Under the pieces are notes generated by a model. The model was not told where the DNA came from. It was given only the letters and a program-made list of their open reading frames with translations, and made no database searches. From Longimicrobiales bacterium (GTDB lineage Bacteria; Gemmatimonadota; Gemmatimonadetes; Longimicrobiales; Gaopeijiaceae): 64,000 nucleotides of DNA. Of this stretch, positions 10,220-20,190 are shown piece by piece. The translations under genes and the position numbers were made by a program. The stretch covers positions 2,496,001-2,560,000 of the forward strand of contig CBDAON010000004.1 of the NCBI GenBank assembly GCA_965198065.1. Direction: 5' to 3'. The first letter of the stretch is position 1, and each line of letters starts with the position of its first letter.

Positions 10220-10530
10220 CAGTCGAGGGGCTCCACGAAGACCTCGATGGTGCCTCCGCACGAGAGCCCGACGGCCCACGCCTCCTCGTCGGCGACGCCG
10301 AACGTGAGGAGGCGAGGCTCTCGAGTCTCGAGCACCTCGAGCGCCGCCTCGGAGACGGCGCCCTCGACGCACCCTCCGCTCACGGAGCCGACCATCTTTT
10401 CGGAGGCAGTGATCGCCATCTTGGAGCCCACGGCGCGCGGCGAGGATCCCACGGTCCGCACGACTGTGGCGAGGGCGATGTCCTCGCCGGCGGCCTTCCA
10501 GGCTTCCAGGGTGGAAAGGATGTCGTGCAT
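10216..10530 (-). CDS. XdhC/CoxI N-terminal domain protein
   Basis: ALATVVRTVGSSPR, GSVSGGCVEG, GLSCGGTIEVFVEP. Confidence 0.88.
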   Translation of the reverse strand: MHDILSTLEAWKAAGEDIALATVVRTVGSSPRAVGSKMAITASEKMVGSVSGGCVEGAVSEAALEVLETREPRLLTFGVADEEAWAVGLSCGGTIEVFVEPLDW

Positions 10531-10557
10531 GGTGGAGCGCCCCTCGGAAATGCCGAG

Positions 10558-11619
10558 TCAGCCGCCGATCCTGGACATCTCGACCCTCGGGAGCTCGACG
10601 GTGGCCTCGCTCCGGAGCTCCGAGTACCGGTCGCGCCGGCCCGTCCACACCCCGAGGATGTGGTCGGCGATCTCCCGATCGGATCGACCGTCCCGGAGGA
10701 GTGGCCGGAGCGGGTGCCCGCGGCTGGCGAAGAGGCAGGTGAAGACCTCGCCGTCGGCGGTGAGGCGGGCCCGGTTGCAATCCCCGCAGAAGGGAAGGGT
10801 CACCGACCCGATGATGCCGATTTCGCCGGCCCCGTCGGCGTAGCGATACCGGCTCGCGACCTCGCCCCGATACTTCGGCTCGACGGGCTCGAGCGGCCAG
10901 CGCGCATCCACCCGGTCTCGGATCTCCCGTGCGGAAACCACGTCGTCCATCCGCCATCCGTTCGAGTTGCCGACGTCCATGAACTCGATGAAGCGGAGGA
11001 CGTGGCCGGTGCCGCGGAAGTGCTCGGCCAGCTTCAGGATCTGGTCCTCGTTCACGCCCCGCTTCACAACCATGTTGACCTTGACTGGAGCGAGGCCGGC
11101 ATCCTCCGCGTCCTGGATTCCGTCCAGCACCGTGCGCACGGGCACGTCCATGTCGCTCATCGCCCGGAACACGGCGTCGTCCAGCGCGTCGAGGCTCACC
11201 GTGACGCGCCGGAGACCGGCCTCCCTCAGGGCGCCAGCCCGCCCGGGTAGGAGCGACGCGTTCGTGGTCATCGTCAGATCGCCGATCCCCTCGACCTTCC
11301 AGAGCATCCGGACCAGGGTTTCCAGGTCCCGGCGCAGGAGCGGCTCTCCGCCCGTGATCCGGACCTTCTCCACGCCCAGGCCAACGAAGATCCGAGCGAG
11401 CCGGCAGATCTCCTCGAAGCTCAGGATCTCATCCTTGGGCAGGAACCGGAATCCAGCCCCGAACACCTCCTTCGGCATGCAGTAGACGCAGCGGAAGTTG
11501 CAGCGGTCCGTAACCGAGATGCGGAGGTCGTGGAGGCGCCGTCCCAGCAGATCGGCCGGGTGAGGTGTCTCCGTGACGGGAAGCGGCTGGCCCCGGGAGA
11601 GGGGCGAAGGCGTGACCAT
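10558..11619 (-). CDS. moaA: GTP 3',8-cyclase (radical SAM)
   Basis: LRISVTDRCNFRCVYCMP, FCGDCNRARLTADG, C-terminal MSRIGG. Confidence 0.95.
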   Translation of the reverse strand: MVTPSPLSRGQPLPVTETPHPADLLGRRLHDLRISVTDRCNFRCVYCMPKEVFGAGFRFLPKDEILSFEEICRLARIFVGLGVEKVRITGGEPLLRRDLETLVRMLWKVEGIGDLTMTTNASLLPGRAGALREAGLRRVTVSLDALDDAVFRAMSDMDVPVRTVLDGIQDAEDAGLAPVKVNMVVKRGVNEDQILKLAEHFRGTGHVLRFIEFMDVGNSNGWRMDDVVSAREIRDRVDARWPLEPVEPKYRGEVASRYRYADGAGEIGIIGSVTLPFCGDCNRARLTADGEVFTCLFASRGHPLRPLLRDGRSDREIADHILGVWTGRRDRYSELRSEATVELPRVEMSRIGG

Positions 11620-11621
11620 GG

Positions 11622-14084
11622 GTGGGAAAGTACCTTCCGTACCGTCGGACGTACACCTGCCAACTCGAACCTGGAGCTTCCTTGCCTTTCTGCTACCGCC
11701 CTGGGCCTCGGCTCTCGCCAACGACCGAACGCTCGTCTGCGCGCTCGTCTACTTCCCATCACCGCCCGACTCCGACGGCCGGCCCGGGCTGGGTCCCGCT
11801 CGGCGTCCTGCTGCTCGCCGGGGCCGGCCCGCTCGAGGCCCAGGACCCCAGGCCAATCGAGGCGATCGGGGGAGGAGACCCGGCCGCGGCGGCCCCGAGC
11901 CCGGCCCTTCCCGACCGTCGCTCGATGACGGCTGAGCGGCTCCAGGAGGGTGAGCAGATCGAGCTGGACGGCATCCTGGACGAGCCGGCGTGGCAGCGCG
12001 CGGCGCCGGCCACCGACTTCATCCAGCAGGATCCGGTGTTCGGGGGCACGCCGACCGAGCGGACCGAGGTCCGGATCGTCTTCAACCGCGAGAGCCTCTA
12101 CATGAGCTTTCTCGCGTACGACTCAGAGCCCGATCGCCTGCTCGGCAACACGATGAAGCGGGACGAGTTCCTGTCCGCCGACGACCGCTTCATGTGGACC
12201 ATGGACCCGTTCTTCGACCAGCAGACCGGATACTTCTTCGAGATGAACCCGTCGGGGCTGATGGCGGATGCGCTGCTCGTGGCGGGCGGCGGGAACGAAC
12301 GGTCGTGGGACGGGATCTGGGACGCTTACGTGCGGCGGCACGAGGAAGGCTACACGATCGAGATCGAAATCCCGTTTCGAACGCTCAACTTCGACCCGAA
12401 CGCGCCGGCGTGGGGGATCAACTTCCAGCGCACGATCCGTCGGAAGAGCGAGGAGAACCTGTGGACCGGGCACGAGCGAAACCAGGGCCTCCGCCGGATG
12501 TCGAACGCAGGGCTCCTCCTCGGGATCTCGGATGTGACCCAGGGGCGCGGGCTGGACGTAAAGCCGTACGTGACGGCGACGACCTTCGACGCGCCGGGAG
12601 ATCCGGACGCGGGCCCGAGGGACACGGACGCCGACGTCGGCGTGGACCTCTTCTACAACCTCACGCCCGATCTGCGTGCGAACCTGACCGTGAACACGGA
12701 CTTTGCGCAGACCGAGGTAGATCAGCGCCTCGTGAACCTCACGCGCTTCCCCCTCCGCTACCCTGAGCAGCGCGACTTCTTCCTGGACGGCTCGCCCTTC
12801 TTCGCCTTCGCGTCGAGCGGCGGTGGGCGGGGCGGGGGCGGCGGCGGGCGGGGCGGGGGCGGCGGGGGCGGCGGCGTCGAGCCGTTCTTCAGTCGCCGGA
12901 TCGGTCTCGACCAAAGCGGGATTCCGCAGGAAGTGGAGTTGGGTGGAAAGCTCACCGGCCGGGCCGGGGCGCAGGACATCGGCCTGCTCCAGGTGCGGAC
13001 AGGAGAGGAGCGGCGGGACGGGGAGACGATCGCGGGCGAGGACTTCAGCGTCCTTCGGGTCAAGCGACGGATCTTCACGCAGTCCTACGTGGGGAGCATC
13101 TACACGCTGCGCCATACGCGGGACGGTGGGACTTCCGAGGACCGGCACACGGCGGGCACGGACTTCCGGCTTGCCACGTCCGCCTTCCGCGGAGCCGACA
13201 ACCTGTTCCTCTCCGGGTTCTTGCTCTGGACTACGAACCTCGCCGACGCGGGCGAAAACCTCGCCTATGGGCTGAACCTGGACTATCCGAACGATCCCTG
13301 GTCGGGGAGGATGTCGTTCACCGAGGTGCAGCCGAACCACAGCCCCGCGGTCGGTTTCGTGTCCCGCCGCGGGTATCGGGGCTACAGCCCGTCCATCGGG
13401 TTCTCCCCGCGGCCGGTGGCCCACCCGTGGATCCGCCAGTTCAACTTCAACGCGAACGCTGACGTCCGCACGAACATGGACAACGCCGTCGTCACGCGGG
13501 TGCTCGGGCTCCAGCCGTTCGGAATCAACACCCACGCGGGCGAGAGCCTGAACGTCTCGGTCAGTCGCAACTACGAGCGGCTCGAGCGGGACTTCGAGAT
13601 CCAGGACGGCGTGATCCTTCCCGAAGGAAGCGACTATACGTTCACGCGGTATCGGGTCCAGATCGGCACGGCCAACCGCCGGGTGCTCTCCACTTCGTCC
13701 GGCTTCGAGTTCGGGGAATTCTTCTCCGGCGAGCGCGAGGAAGTGTCGGTGAACCTCGGGATCCGGCCGATGGTGGGTGTCGTGGCGAACCTGTCGACCG
13801 AGTGGAATCGAGTGCGGCTTCCCGAAGGCGACTTCCAGACCCGCTTGTACCGGGGAACCCTGGACACCCAGTTCAACCCGTGGATTTACGTGGTGAACAC
13901 CCTCCAGTACGACTCCGTGACGGGTGGGCTGGGGTGGCAGATCCGCTTCCGGTGGACGGTCGATCCGGGAAACGACCTCTACGTCGTCTATACGCACAAC
14001 TGGCTCGAGGACCCGCTCGGCGACCGCTTCCTTAGCCAGGATCGTCGCGGGGCCGCGAAGTTCGTGTACACGTACCGCTGGTAG
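11622..14084 (+). CDS. CBM9-like / DUF5916 outer-membrane protein (start uncertain, probably downstream of 11622)
   Basis: IELDGILDEPAW, EIEIPFRTLNF, NTDFAQTEVD...NLTRF, FFSRRIG, terminal KFVYTYRW; signal-like LGVLLLAGAGPLEA-Q. Confidence 0.8.
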   Translation: MGKYLPYRRTYTCQLEPGASLPFCYRPGPRLSPTTERSSARSSTSHHRPTPTAGPGWVPLGVLLLAGAGPLEAQDPRPIEAIGGGDPAAAAPSPALPDRRSMTAERLQEGEQIELDGILDEPAWQRAAPATDFIQQDPVFGGTPTERTEVRIVFNRESLYMSFLAYDSEPDRLLGNTMKRDEFLSADDRFMWTMDPFFDQQTGYFFEMNPSGLMADALLVAGGGNERSWDGIWDAYVRRHEEGYTIEIEIPFRTLNFDPNAPAWGINFQRTIRRKSEENLWTGHERNQGLRRMSNAGLLLGISDVTQGRGLDVKPYVTATTFDAPGDPDAGPRDTDADVGVDLFYNLTPDLRANLTVNTDFAQTEVDQRLVNLTRFPLRYPEQRDFFLDGSPFFAFASSGGGRGGGGGGRGGGGGGGGVEPFFSRRIGLDQSGIPQEVELGGKLTGRAGAQDIGLLQVRTGEERRDGETIAGEDFSVLRVKRRIFTQSYVGSIYTLRHTRDGGTSEDRHTAGTDFRLATSAFRGADNLFLSGFLLWTTNLADAGENLAYGLNLDYPNDPWSGRMSFTEVQPNHSPAVGFVSRRGYRGYSPSIGFSPRPVAHPWIRQFNFNANADVRTNMDNAVVTRVLGLQPFGINTHAGESLNVSVSRNYERLERDFEIQDGVILPEGSDYTFTRYRVQIGTANRRVLSTSSGFEFGEFFSGEREEVSVNLGIRPMVGVVANLSTEWNRVRLPEGDFQTRLYRGTLDTQFNPWIYVVNTLQYDSVTGGLGWQIRFRWTVDPGNDLYVVYTHNWLEDPLGDRFLSQDRRGAAKFVYTYRW

Positions 14085-14179
14085 GGGAACGTCTCGCCCA
14101 CGGTGGGTCGGACTGCGCGGCGCGCTCCCAGGCCTTTCGCCTTGTCCTCATGCGCAGGTTGCCGTAACTCTCCATCATC

Positions 14180-14965
14180 ATGGACGTCCGGGTCTCCTTT
14201 TATGGAAACCTCATGCGCCTGGCCGGCGGCCGGACGCGGACGGTCCGGGTCGGCGGCAGCCCGCCCACCGTCGGAGATTTGAGGGCTGCCGTCGCTCGGG
14301 ACCTTCCAGAGTTGGCGCCCCACCTCGCGCATGTCGCCGTGGGGATGGGCGCAGAGGTCTTCCCCGACGAAGCGGTCCTTCGAACCGATTCGGAAGTCTC
14401 CCTCCTCCCTCCGGTGAGCGGCGGCGCTCCGGCGTCTAGCGGGGGCGGATCGCCCCCGCGCAATTCTTCGCTGGGCGAGGGCGCGCCCCGCATCCAGGAC
14501 GGCCCGCTCTCCCTCGACGCGCTACTCCTCGAAACCACCGGCGTCGACGCGGGCGCCCTCGTGGTCTTCGCGGGAACGGTGCGGGCGAACGACGGAGGGG
14601 AGGAGATTGCCGCGCTCGAGTACGACGTGCAGCGCGAGATGGCCGAGAAGTCGATCCAGGAGATCGAGGCCGATCTCGAGGGGCGCCCCGGCGTGCTCGC
14701 CTGCCGGATCGCGCACCGGGTAGGGGCGGTCCCGGCCGGTGAGCCCAGCGTGTACGTGGTGGTTCGGGCCCGGCACCGCGGAGAGGCCTTCGACGCCGCC
14801 CGGGCCGGGATTGATCGGGTGAAGGCCGAGGCGCCCATCTGGAAGGAGGACGTCCGTCCCGACGGGAGCCGCAGGGCTCACGCCGGTTCCGATGCCACTC
14901 CCCTCGTCGAGCGAGCCCCACGGCCCCTTTCGACCGGCGTTTTCGGCGCCGAGGACGATGGTTGA
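14180..14965 (+). CDS. Fused molybdopterin synthase MoaD-MoaE
   Basis: Ubiquitin-like domain ending LLPPVSGG, a linker, then GALVVFAGTVR, HRVG, HRGEAF, VKAEAPIWKED. Confidence 0.9.
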   Translation: MDVRVSFYGNLMRLAGGRTRTVRVGGSPPTVGDLRAAVARDLPELAPHLAHVAVGMGAEVFPDEAVLRTDSEVSLLPPVSGGAPASSGGGSPPRNSSLGEGAPRIQDGPLSLDALLLETTGVDAGALVVFAGTVRANDGGEEIAALEYDVQREMAEKSIQEIEADLEGRPGVLACRIAHRVGAVPAGEPSVYVVVRARHRGEAFDAARAGIDRVKAEAPIWKEDVRPDGSRRAHAGSDATPLVERAPRPLSTGVFGAEDDG

Positions 14966-14991
14966 CACCCACGAAGGACGGAAGCTAAGAT
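14962..14991 (+). promoter_or_regulatory. Putative sigma70 promoter of the oxidoreductase operon
   Basis: TTGACA-18 nt-TAAGAT about 115 nt upstream of the 2Fe-2S gene. Confidence 0.6.
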
Positions 14992-15105
14992 TGCGCCAGT
15001 AAAGAAGGAGGAAATCCCCAGCGGCTCTCGGTTCCCCTGACGAGTCGCAACCGGGCCGTCGGCGCCGGTAGGCCCGGAGGCACCACATCGGAGGAGGACC
15101 ACTCG

Positions 15106-15735
15106 ATGGAAATCCAGGAGATCCTCGTTGCGGATCGGGGGGTATCCCGCCGGTCCTTCATCAAGGGTGTGATCGCGGCCGGAGCCACAGCGTCTTCGGC
15201 CTCGTACCTTTTCAGGGGGACGACTCTAGTCCAGGCGCAGACGGCTCCCGGAGCCGTGGAGCGGCTGATCACGCTGAACGTGAACGGCCAGTCCCGCCCG
15301 GTGGACGTGTCGCCTCAAGAGACCCTGGGCCATACGCTCCGGTACAAGCTGGGGCTGACCGGCCCCAAGTATGGGTGTGACCGCGCGGAGTGCGGCGCCT
15401 GCACGGTCCTCGTCGACGGGCTCGCGAGGTACTCGTGCTCGCTGCTCACGCACCAGGTCCGGGGCCGTCAGGTCACGACGATCGAGGGCCTCGAGTCGCC
15501 CACTGGCGAGCTCAGCCCGGTTCAGCAGGCCGTTTACGATGAGGCCGGGTTCCAGTGCGCGTTTTGCGCGTCCGGGTTCATCATGGCCATGACGAGCATG
15601 CTGAATCAGAACCCGAATCCGACACCCGAAGAGACTCGGCGGATGATTGGCGGCAACCTGTGCCGTTGCGGGGACTACGACAAGATTCTCCGGAGTGCCA
15701 TGAGGGCCGTGGAGTACAACCGCGCCACCGCCTGA
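15106..15735 (+). CDS. Tat-signal 2x[2Fe-2S] subunit of a xanthine oxidase-family enzyme (PaoA-like)
   Basis: SRRSFIK twin-arginine signal; GCDRAECGAC, QCAFC, NLCRCG; GGAGGAGG RBS. Confidence 0.92.
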   Translation: MEIQEILVADRGVSRRSFIKGVIAAGATASSASYLFRGTTLVQAQTAPGAVERLITLNVNGQSRPVDVSPQETLGHTLRYKLGLTGPKYGCDRAECGACTVLVDGLARYSCSLLTHQVRGRQVTTIEGLESPTGELSPVQQAVYDEAGFQCAFCASGFIMAMTSMLNQNPNPTPEETRRMIGGNLCRCGDYDKILRSAMRAVEYNRATA

Positions 15736-15799
15736 GCATTCAGGGATGATCTGCTGACGTACTTCATGCCGGGGGGAACCCCGAGGGAGGCATAGGAAG

Positions 15800-18250
15800 A
15801 TGTCCCAGTACAGGTTGGTGGGAACGAGCCAGGCTCCCAAGGATCTGCGGGCCAAGGTCACGGGGCGATCCAAATATGCGGAGGATTTCCGCGCGGACGG
15901 GATGATCTTCACGAAGCTCCTCCTGAGCCCGGTCCCCCGAGGGATCGTGCGCTCGATCGACCCGAGCCGGGCGCTGGCCATGCCCGGGGTGCACATTGTG
16001 CTCACCGGGGCCGACTTCCCCCCGGTCGAGGGGAACCAGGAGCCGCTGCTCGCCACCGAGATCCGCTATCAGGGCCAGCCGATCGGGGTGGTCGCCGCGG
16101 ATACCGAGACGCTCGCCGCCGAGGCGGTCGCGGCCCTGCAGGCGGACATCGAGCGACTGCCCTTCGCGCTCGATCCCATGGAGAGCCTGATCGAGGGCGG
16201 TCCGAACGCGAGGGACGGAGGCAACGTCCCCGGCGGTGGTGATGGGACGATGGGGGAGGTGAAGTGGACCCGCGAGCAGATGGCGCGCTTCCAGGGGACG
16301 AGCTTCCCGGCCGAGGATCTACCGGGACTCACCCAGGAGAACGCGAGCCTGTTCGTCCGCGGCATCGAAGAGCCGACACTCGACGACTTCAATGCCGTGA
16401 TGGCTAGGAGCGCTGTGATCGTCGAGGAGCCCGTCTACCACCAGACTCAGAACCACCATCCCATGGAGCCGCGGAGCTCGATGGCCTACTGGCAGGGGGG
16501 GCAGTGCTACCTCCACTGTTCCACCCAGAGCGCGGCCCGGACCCACGCGGGCATGGCGAATCGCATCGGCATCGAGCGGGATCAGCTGACCCTGATTGCC
16601 GAGTACTGCGGCGGGGGCTTCGGATCCAAGATCGGCGGAAACCTCCTCGACCCACTCCCGGCCGAGATCTCGCGCCGGCTGAACGGGCGGCCCGTGATGA
16701 TGCGGATCACGCGGGACGAGGAGACGTTCATCGGGCGGGCCCGCTCCGGGATGGCGGGGTGGGTCAAGGTGGGCTTCCGGGCCGACGGCAAGGTCCTGGC
16801 GATGGACTGGGTCATGGTGGGAGACTCCGGGCCCCACGGTGCCCGGGGTGACTGGAACGGCGCCGTGAGCACGGTGGATCTCGCCCTCCAGCCGGAGGCG
16901 CGGCGCGCGCGCACGTTGGCGATCTCGACAAACACGCCTCCCCGTTCCGCGCAGCGCGGCCCCGGAGGCGCCCAGGGCGTCACGATTATCACGTCTGCGC
17001 TCGAGCGGGGTGCCCGAGAGCTCGGCGTGGACCGCGCGGACATGATGTACGTGAACGCCCCGTCAGGGCGCGCGGTCTATGGAGACAACGCGACCGAGGT
17101 CACGAGCTCGTTCGCCAAGGAAGCCGTGCTCCTCACGCGGGAGCGGTTCAACTGGGACGAGAAGAGACTTCTGTCCGGGCAGAGGAACGGGAGCAAGGTG
17201 ACGGGCGTCGGACTCGCCCTTAGCCCCTTCTCCGCGGGAAGCCGCGGGATGGACGCCCTCCTCATCATCCGTCCGGACGGAAGTCTGACGATCCATTCCG
17301 GCGTGGGGAACCTCGGGACGCACTCGGTCTTCGACACCGCCATGTCGGCGGCCGAAGCACTGAATCATCCTTGGGACGAGGTGGAGGTGGTTTGGGGGAA
17401 TACGAGCCGCGGCCTCCCCTGGGCTTCCTCGCAGTCCGGGAGCCAGACAACCCACGCGCACACCCGCTCGAACTGGGCGGCTGGGCAGGCGGCCAAGACG
17501 AGGCTTCAGGAGATTGCCGCTCGGGACCTGGGCGGTAGCCCCGACGACTACGACGTGGGGAACGGGCGGGTCTTCCGGGTCGGGAGCCCCGGGACCGCCA
17601 TGACGTTCGCCCGGGCGGCCGAGCGGGCGATCCAGCTCGGAGGCGCCTACGACGGCCATGAGCTCCCAGAGAGCCTGAACGAGATGACGGTGGCGACCGT
17701 CCAGAACCATCTGGTGGGCCAGGGTCTCGTTGTCGCGGCGACGGACGAGTACGGGGGCAACGGGTCGCTCCGGTCCTCGGTGGTGGCGATGGCCGTGATC
17801 GAGCTCGACGTGGAGACCGGGATGATCGAGGTGAAGGATCTCGTCGCGGTGGCCGACTGCGGCACGGTGCTGAACCCTCGCAGCCTCTACGCCCAGATGT
17901 CTGGAGGCGTTCTTCAGGGCATGAGCCAGGCCCGCTTCGAGAAGTGGGGATACGACCGCACGTGGGGCGTGAACGCGAACAAGCGCTTCCACACCGTCAA
18001 ACCGATCTCCCTCCTCGACACGCCGGATGTCATGGCGTGGGACGCGGTGAACATCGCGGATCCGGAGACGCCGGTCGGATCGCGCGGCATCGGCGAGCCT
18101 CCGGTCGGCGCCGGTGGCGGCGTTATCGTATCGGCCGTATACGACGCGCTCGGGAAGGCGATCAACCGCACGCCGCTCACGCCCGACGTAATCCTGAACG
18201 CGCTCGAGGAGCGGGCTCCCGGCTACACCCTCCTTCAGACCCACGTCTGA
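15800..18250 (+). CDS. Molybdopterin-binding large subunit, xanthine dehydrogenase/aldehyde oxidoreductase family
   Basis: KVTGRSKYAED, HPMEP, GGGFGSK, DCGTVLNP, RGIGEPP. Confidence 0.92.
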   Translation: MSQYRLVGTSQAPKDLRAKVTGRSKYAEDFRADGMIFTKLLLSPVPRGIVRSIDPSRALAMPGVHIVLTGADFPPVEGNQEPLLATEIRYQGQPIGVVAADTETLAAEAVAALQADIERLPFALDPMESLIEGGPNARDGGNVPGGGDGTMGEVKWTREQMARFQGTSFPAEDLPGLTQENASLFVRGIEEPTLDDFNAVMARSAVIVEEPVYHQTQNHHPMEPRSSMAYWQGGQCYLHCSTQSAARTHAGMANRIGIERDQLTLIAEYCGGGFGSKIGGNLLDPLPAEISRRLNGRPVMMRITRDEETFIGRARSGMAGWVKVGFRADGKVLAMDWVMVGDSGPHGARGDWNGAVSTVDLALQPEARRARTLAISTNTPPRSAQRGPGGAQGVTIITSALERGARELGVDRADMMYVNAPSGRAVYGDNATEVTSSFAKEAVLLTRERFNWDEKRLLSGQRNGSKVTGVGLALSPFSAGSRGMDALLIIRPDGSLTIHSGVGNLGTHSVFDTAMSAAEALNHPWDEVEVVWGNTSRGLPWASSQSGSQTTHAHTRSNWAAGQAAKTRLQEIAARDLGGSPDDYDVGNGRVFRVGSPGTAMTFARAAERAIQLGGAYDGHELPESLNEMTVATVQNHLVGQGLVVAATDEYGGNGSLRSSVVAMAVIELDVETGMIEVKDLVAVADCGTVLNPRSLYAQMSGGVLQGMSQARFEKWGYDRTWGVNANKRFHTVKPISLLDTPDVMAWDAVNIADPETPVGSRGIGEPPVGAGGGVIVSAVYDALGKAINRTPLTPDVILNALEERAPGYTLLQTHV

Positions 18251-18274
18251 TCAGCGAGATAGAGGAGAGCGACC

Positions 18275-19276
18275 ATGGCTGAGATTCGTGACATGATGAG
18301 CACGTTCGAGCTCTTCCAGCCCATGGAGCTGGGAGGGGCACTCGATCTCCTGAGGCAGCACGGATCCGACGCGTGGATCCTGTCCGGAGGGCTGGATACG
18401 TTCGACTGGCTCAAGGACCGGGCCAAGTCCCCGAGCGTGGTCGTGGACATCGCGGGCATCGGCGAGCTAGACGGAGTCGAGGTCACCGGCGACGGCATCC
18501 GCATCGGTGCCATGACGTCGCTTACGGACGTCTCGACGCACTCCGAGGTCCAGACGCGCTTTCCGCTCCTGGCGCAGGCTGCCGGCCGGGTGGCGACCCC
18601 GCAGATCCGAAACCAGGGGACGATCGGCGGAAACATCTCCCAGGACACGCGGTGCTGGTATTACCGGAGCGGGTGGCCGTGCTACCGGGCGGGTGGGAAC
18701 ACCTGCTACGCGAACGCGCCGCAGGCCCTGAACCGTGAGCACGCGCTCTTCGAGTCGTCCCGGTGCGTGGCGGTGACGCCGTCCGACACGGCTCCCGCCT
18801 TCGTGGTGCTGGAGGCGCAGATGGAGATCCAGAACTCCCGCGGAAGCCGCATGGTGAGCGCGGAGGACTTCTTCATCGGACCCGCCGAGGACATCACTCG
18901 GATGAACGTGATGGAGCCGGAGGATCTGCTCACGGCGATTTACCTCCCGAACAAGTGGGCCGGGAAGGCCTTCTACTTCGAGAAGGTGGCGGACCGGCTG
19001 TCGTGGGACTTCCCGCTCGCGAACGTGTCAGCGGTGCTGGACGTGCAGGGCGGCGTGATCTTCGAGGCGAACATCGCGGTCGGCGGCGTGGCTGCTCGCC
19101 CCTATCGGGTGCGCCGGGTGGAGAACGCCATCGCCGGCCGTCCGATCAACGAGCAGACGCTGGACGAGGCGGCGAGGCTCGCGGTCCAGGGAGCCCGTCC
19201 GCTCCAGTACAACGGGTACAAGCTGGCGCTCACCCGGAACCTGGTGAAGCGGGCGATCCGGGACGCCAGCGCGTAG
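18275..19276 (+). CDS. FAD-binding subunit with 4Fe-4S insert (PaoB/HcrB-like)
   Basis: PQIRNQGTIGGN, RCWYYR...C...GGNTC...C, PSDTAPA. Confidence 0.92.
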   Translation: MAEIRDMMSTFELFQPMELGGALDLLRQHGSDAWILSGGLDTFDWLKDRAKSPSVVVDIAGIGELDGVEVTGDGIRIGAMTSLTDVSTHSEVQTRFPLLAQAAGRVATPQIRNQGTIGGNISQDTRCWYYRSGWPCYRAGGNTCYANAPQALNREHALFESSRCVAVTPSDTAPAFVVLEAQMEIQNSRGSRMVSAEDFFIGPAEDITRMNVMEPEDLLTAIYLPNKWAGKAFYFEKVADRLSWDFPLANVSAVLDVQGGVIFEANIAVGGVAARPYRVRRVENAIAGRPINEQTLDEAARLAVQGARPLQYNGYKLALTRNLVKRAIRDASA

Positions 19277-19277
19277 C

Positions 19278-20180
19278 ATGGAATTCGTTCGTATAGCAGA
19301 GAACCCGTGGGGCGAGCAGATCCTCATTGGGTTGGGCTGGGGCGTCGCCTGGCTGGTCGTGGTGCTCGGGGCGATTTTCATCGTCGGGCACGCGGCCTTC
19401 GCGAAGAAAAAGGATGAAGGCCGGGAAGAGCCGAAGTACGACCCGACCATCGTCGCGGCGGTGCCCGACCATGTTACGCGGCACGGAAAGAGCGCCCGGT
19501 ACTCGCACTGGACGCTAGCGGTCGCCACCTTCGCGCTTCTCATCACGGCCTTCGTGCCGATGCTCGGGCTCCAGTTCCCTTGGGTGACGATCCACTGGCT
19601 CTCCGGCATCGTGCTCACCGCATACGTCGTCTACCACACGGTGGACACGCTTGCCCGGACGAGCTGGCGCGAGATGTGGATCTCCATACCGGACGTCCGC
19701 GAGGCGGTCGCGCGCGTGGGGAACTTCTTCGCCCGCACCGAAGACCCGTCGAAGCGGCCCGGCAAGTGGGGGATGGAGAACAAGCTCTTCCATCACCTTA
19801 TCGCCCTCGCGGGGTTGGGGGTCGCGGCCACGGGCGTCCTCATGATGGGCCGCGTGGATACGTGGTTCTGGGCCTCCGACCCCTACCGCTGGAACATCAG
19901 CGACGCTACGTGGGGTGTCATCTTCGTGATCCACGGGATCACGTCCGTGGGGTTCATCGGGCTCATCATGGCCCACCTCTACTTCGCCGTGCGGCCGGAC
20001 AAGTTCTGGATCACCCTCTCGATTTTCCGCGGCTGGATCACGAAGGAGGAGTACCTCGGACATCACAACCCCGAGCGCTGGCCGGTCGCGCCCGGAGCGG
20101 AGGGACACGGCCGGGTGACCGAGGGCCAGGCGGTCGGGGCCGGAGCCGGGTCCTCTCCCATGGATCGCCCCAGGGAGTAG
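19278..20180 (+). CDS. Cytochrome b membrane subunit (formate dehydrogenase gamma/FdnI-like)
   Basis: About five TM segments with His in SHW, IHW, IHG, AHL; FRGWI...HHNP tail; starts 1 nt after the FAD subunit stop. Confidence 0.8.
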   Translation: MEFVRIAENPWGEQILIGLGWGVAWLVVVLGAIFIVGHAAFAKKKDEGREEPKYDPTIVAAVPDHVTRHGKSARYSHWTLAVATFALLITAFVPMLGLQFPWVTIHWLSGIVLTAYVVYHTVDTLARTSWREMWISIPDVREAVARVGNFFARTEDPSKRPGKWGMENKLFHHLIALAGLGVAATGVLMMGRVDTWFWASDPYRWNISDATWGVIFVIHGITSVGFIGLIMAHLYFAVRPDKFWITLSIFRGWITKEEYLGHHNPERWPVAPGAEGHGRVTEGQAVGAGAGSSPMDRPRE

Positions 20181-20190
20181 CGCCGCGTTC

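Noticed and set aside
14995..15100. Moco riboswitch or hammerhead in the oxidoreductase leader (CTGACGA plus hairpins)
   Set aside because: No GAAA core after stem II and no recognisable Moco-motif elements; only generic GC hairpins
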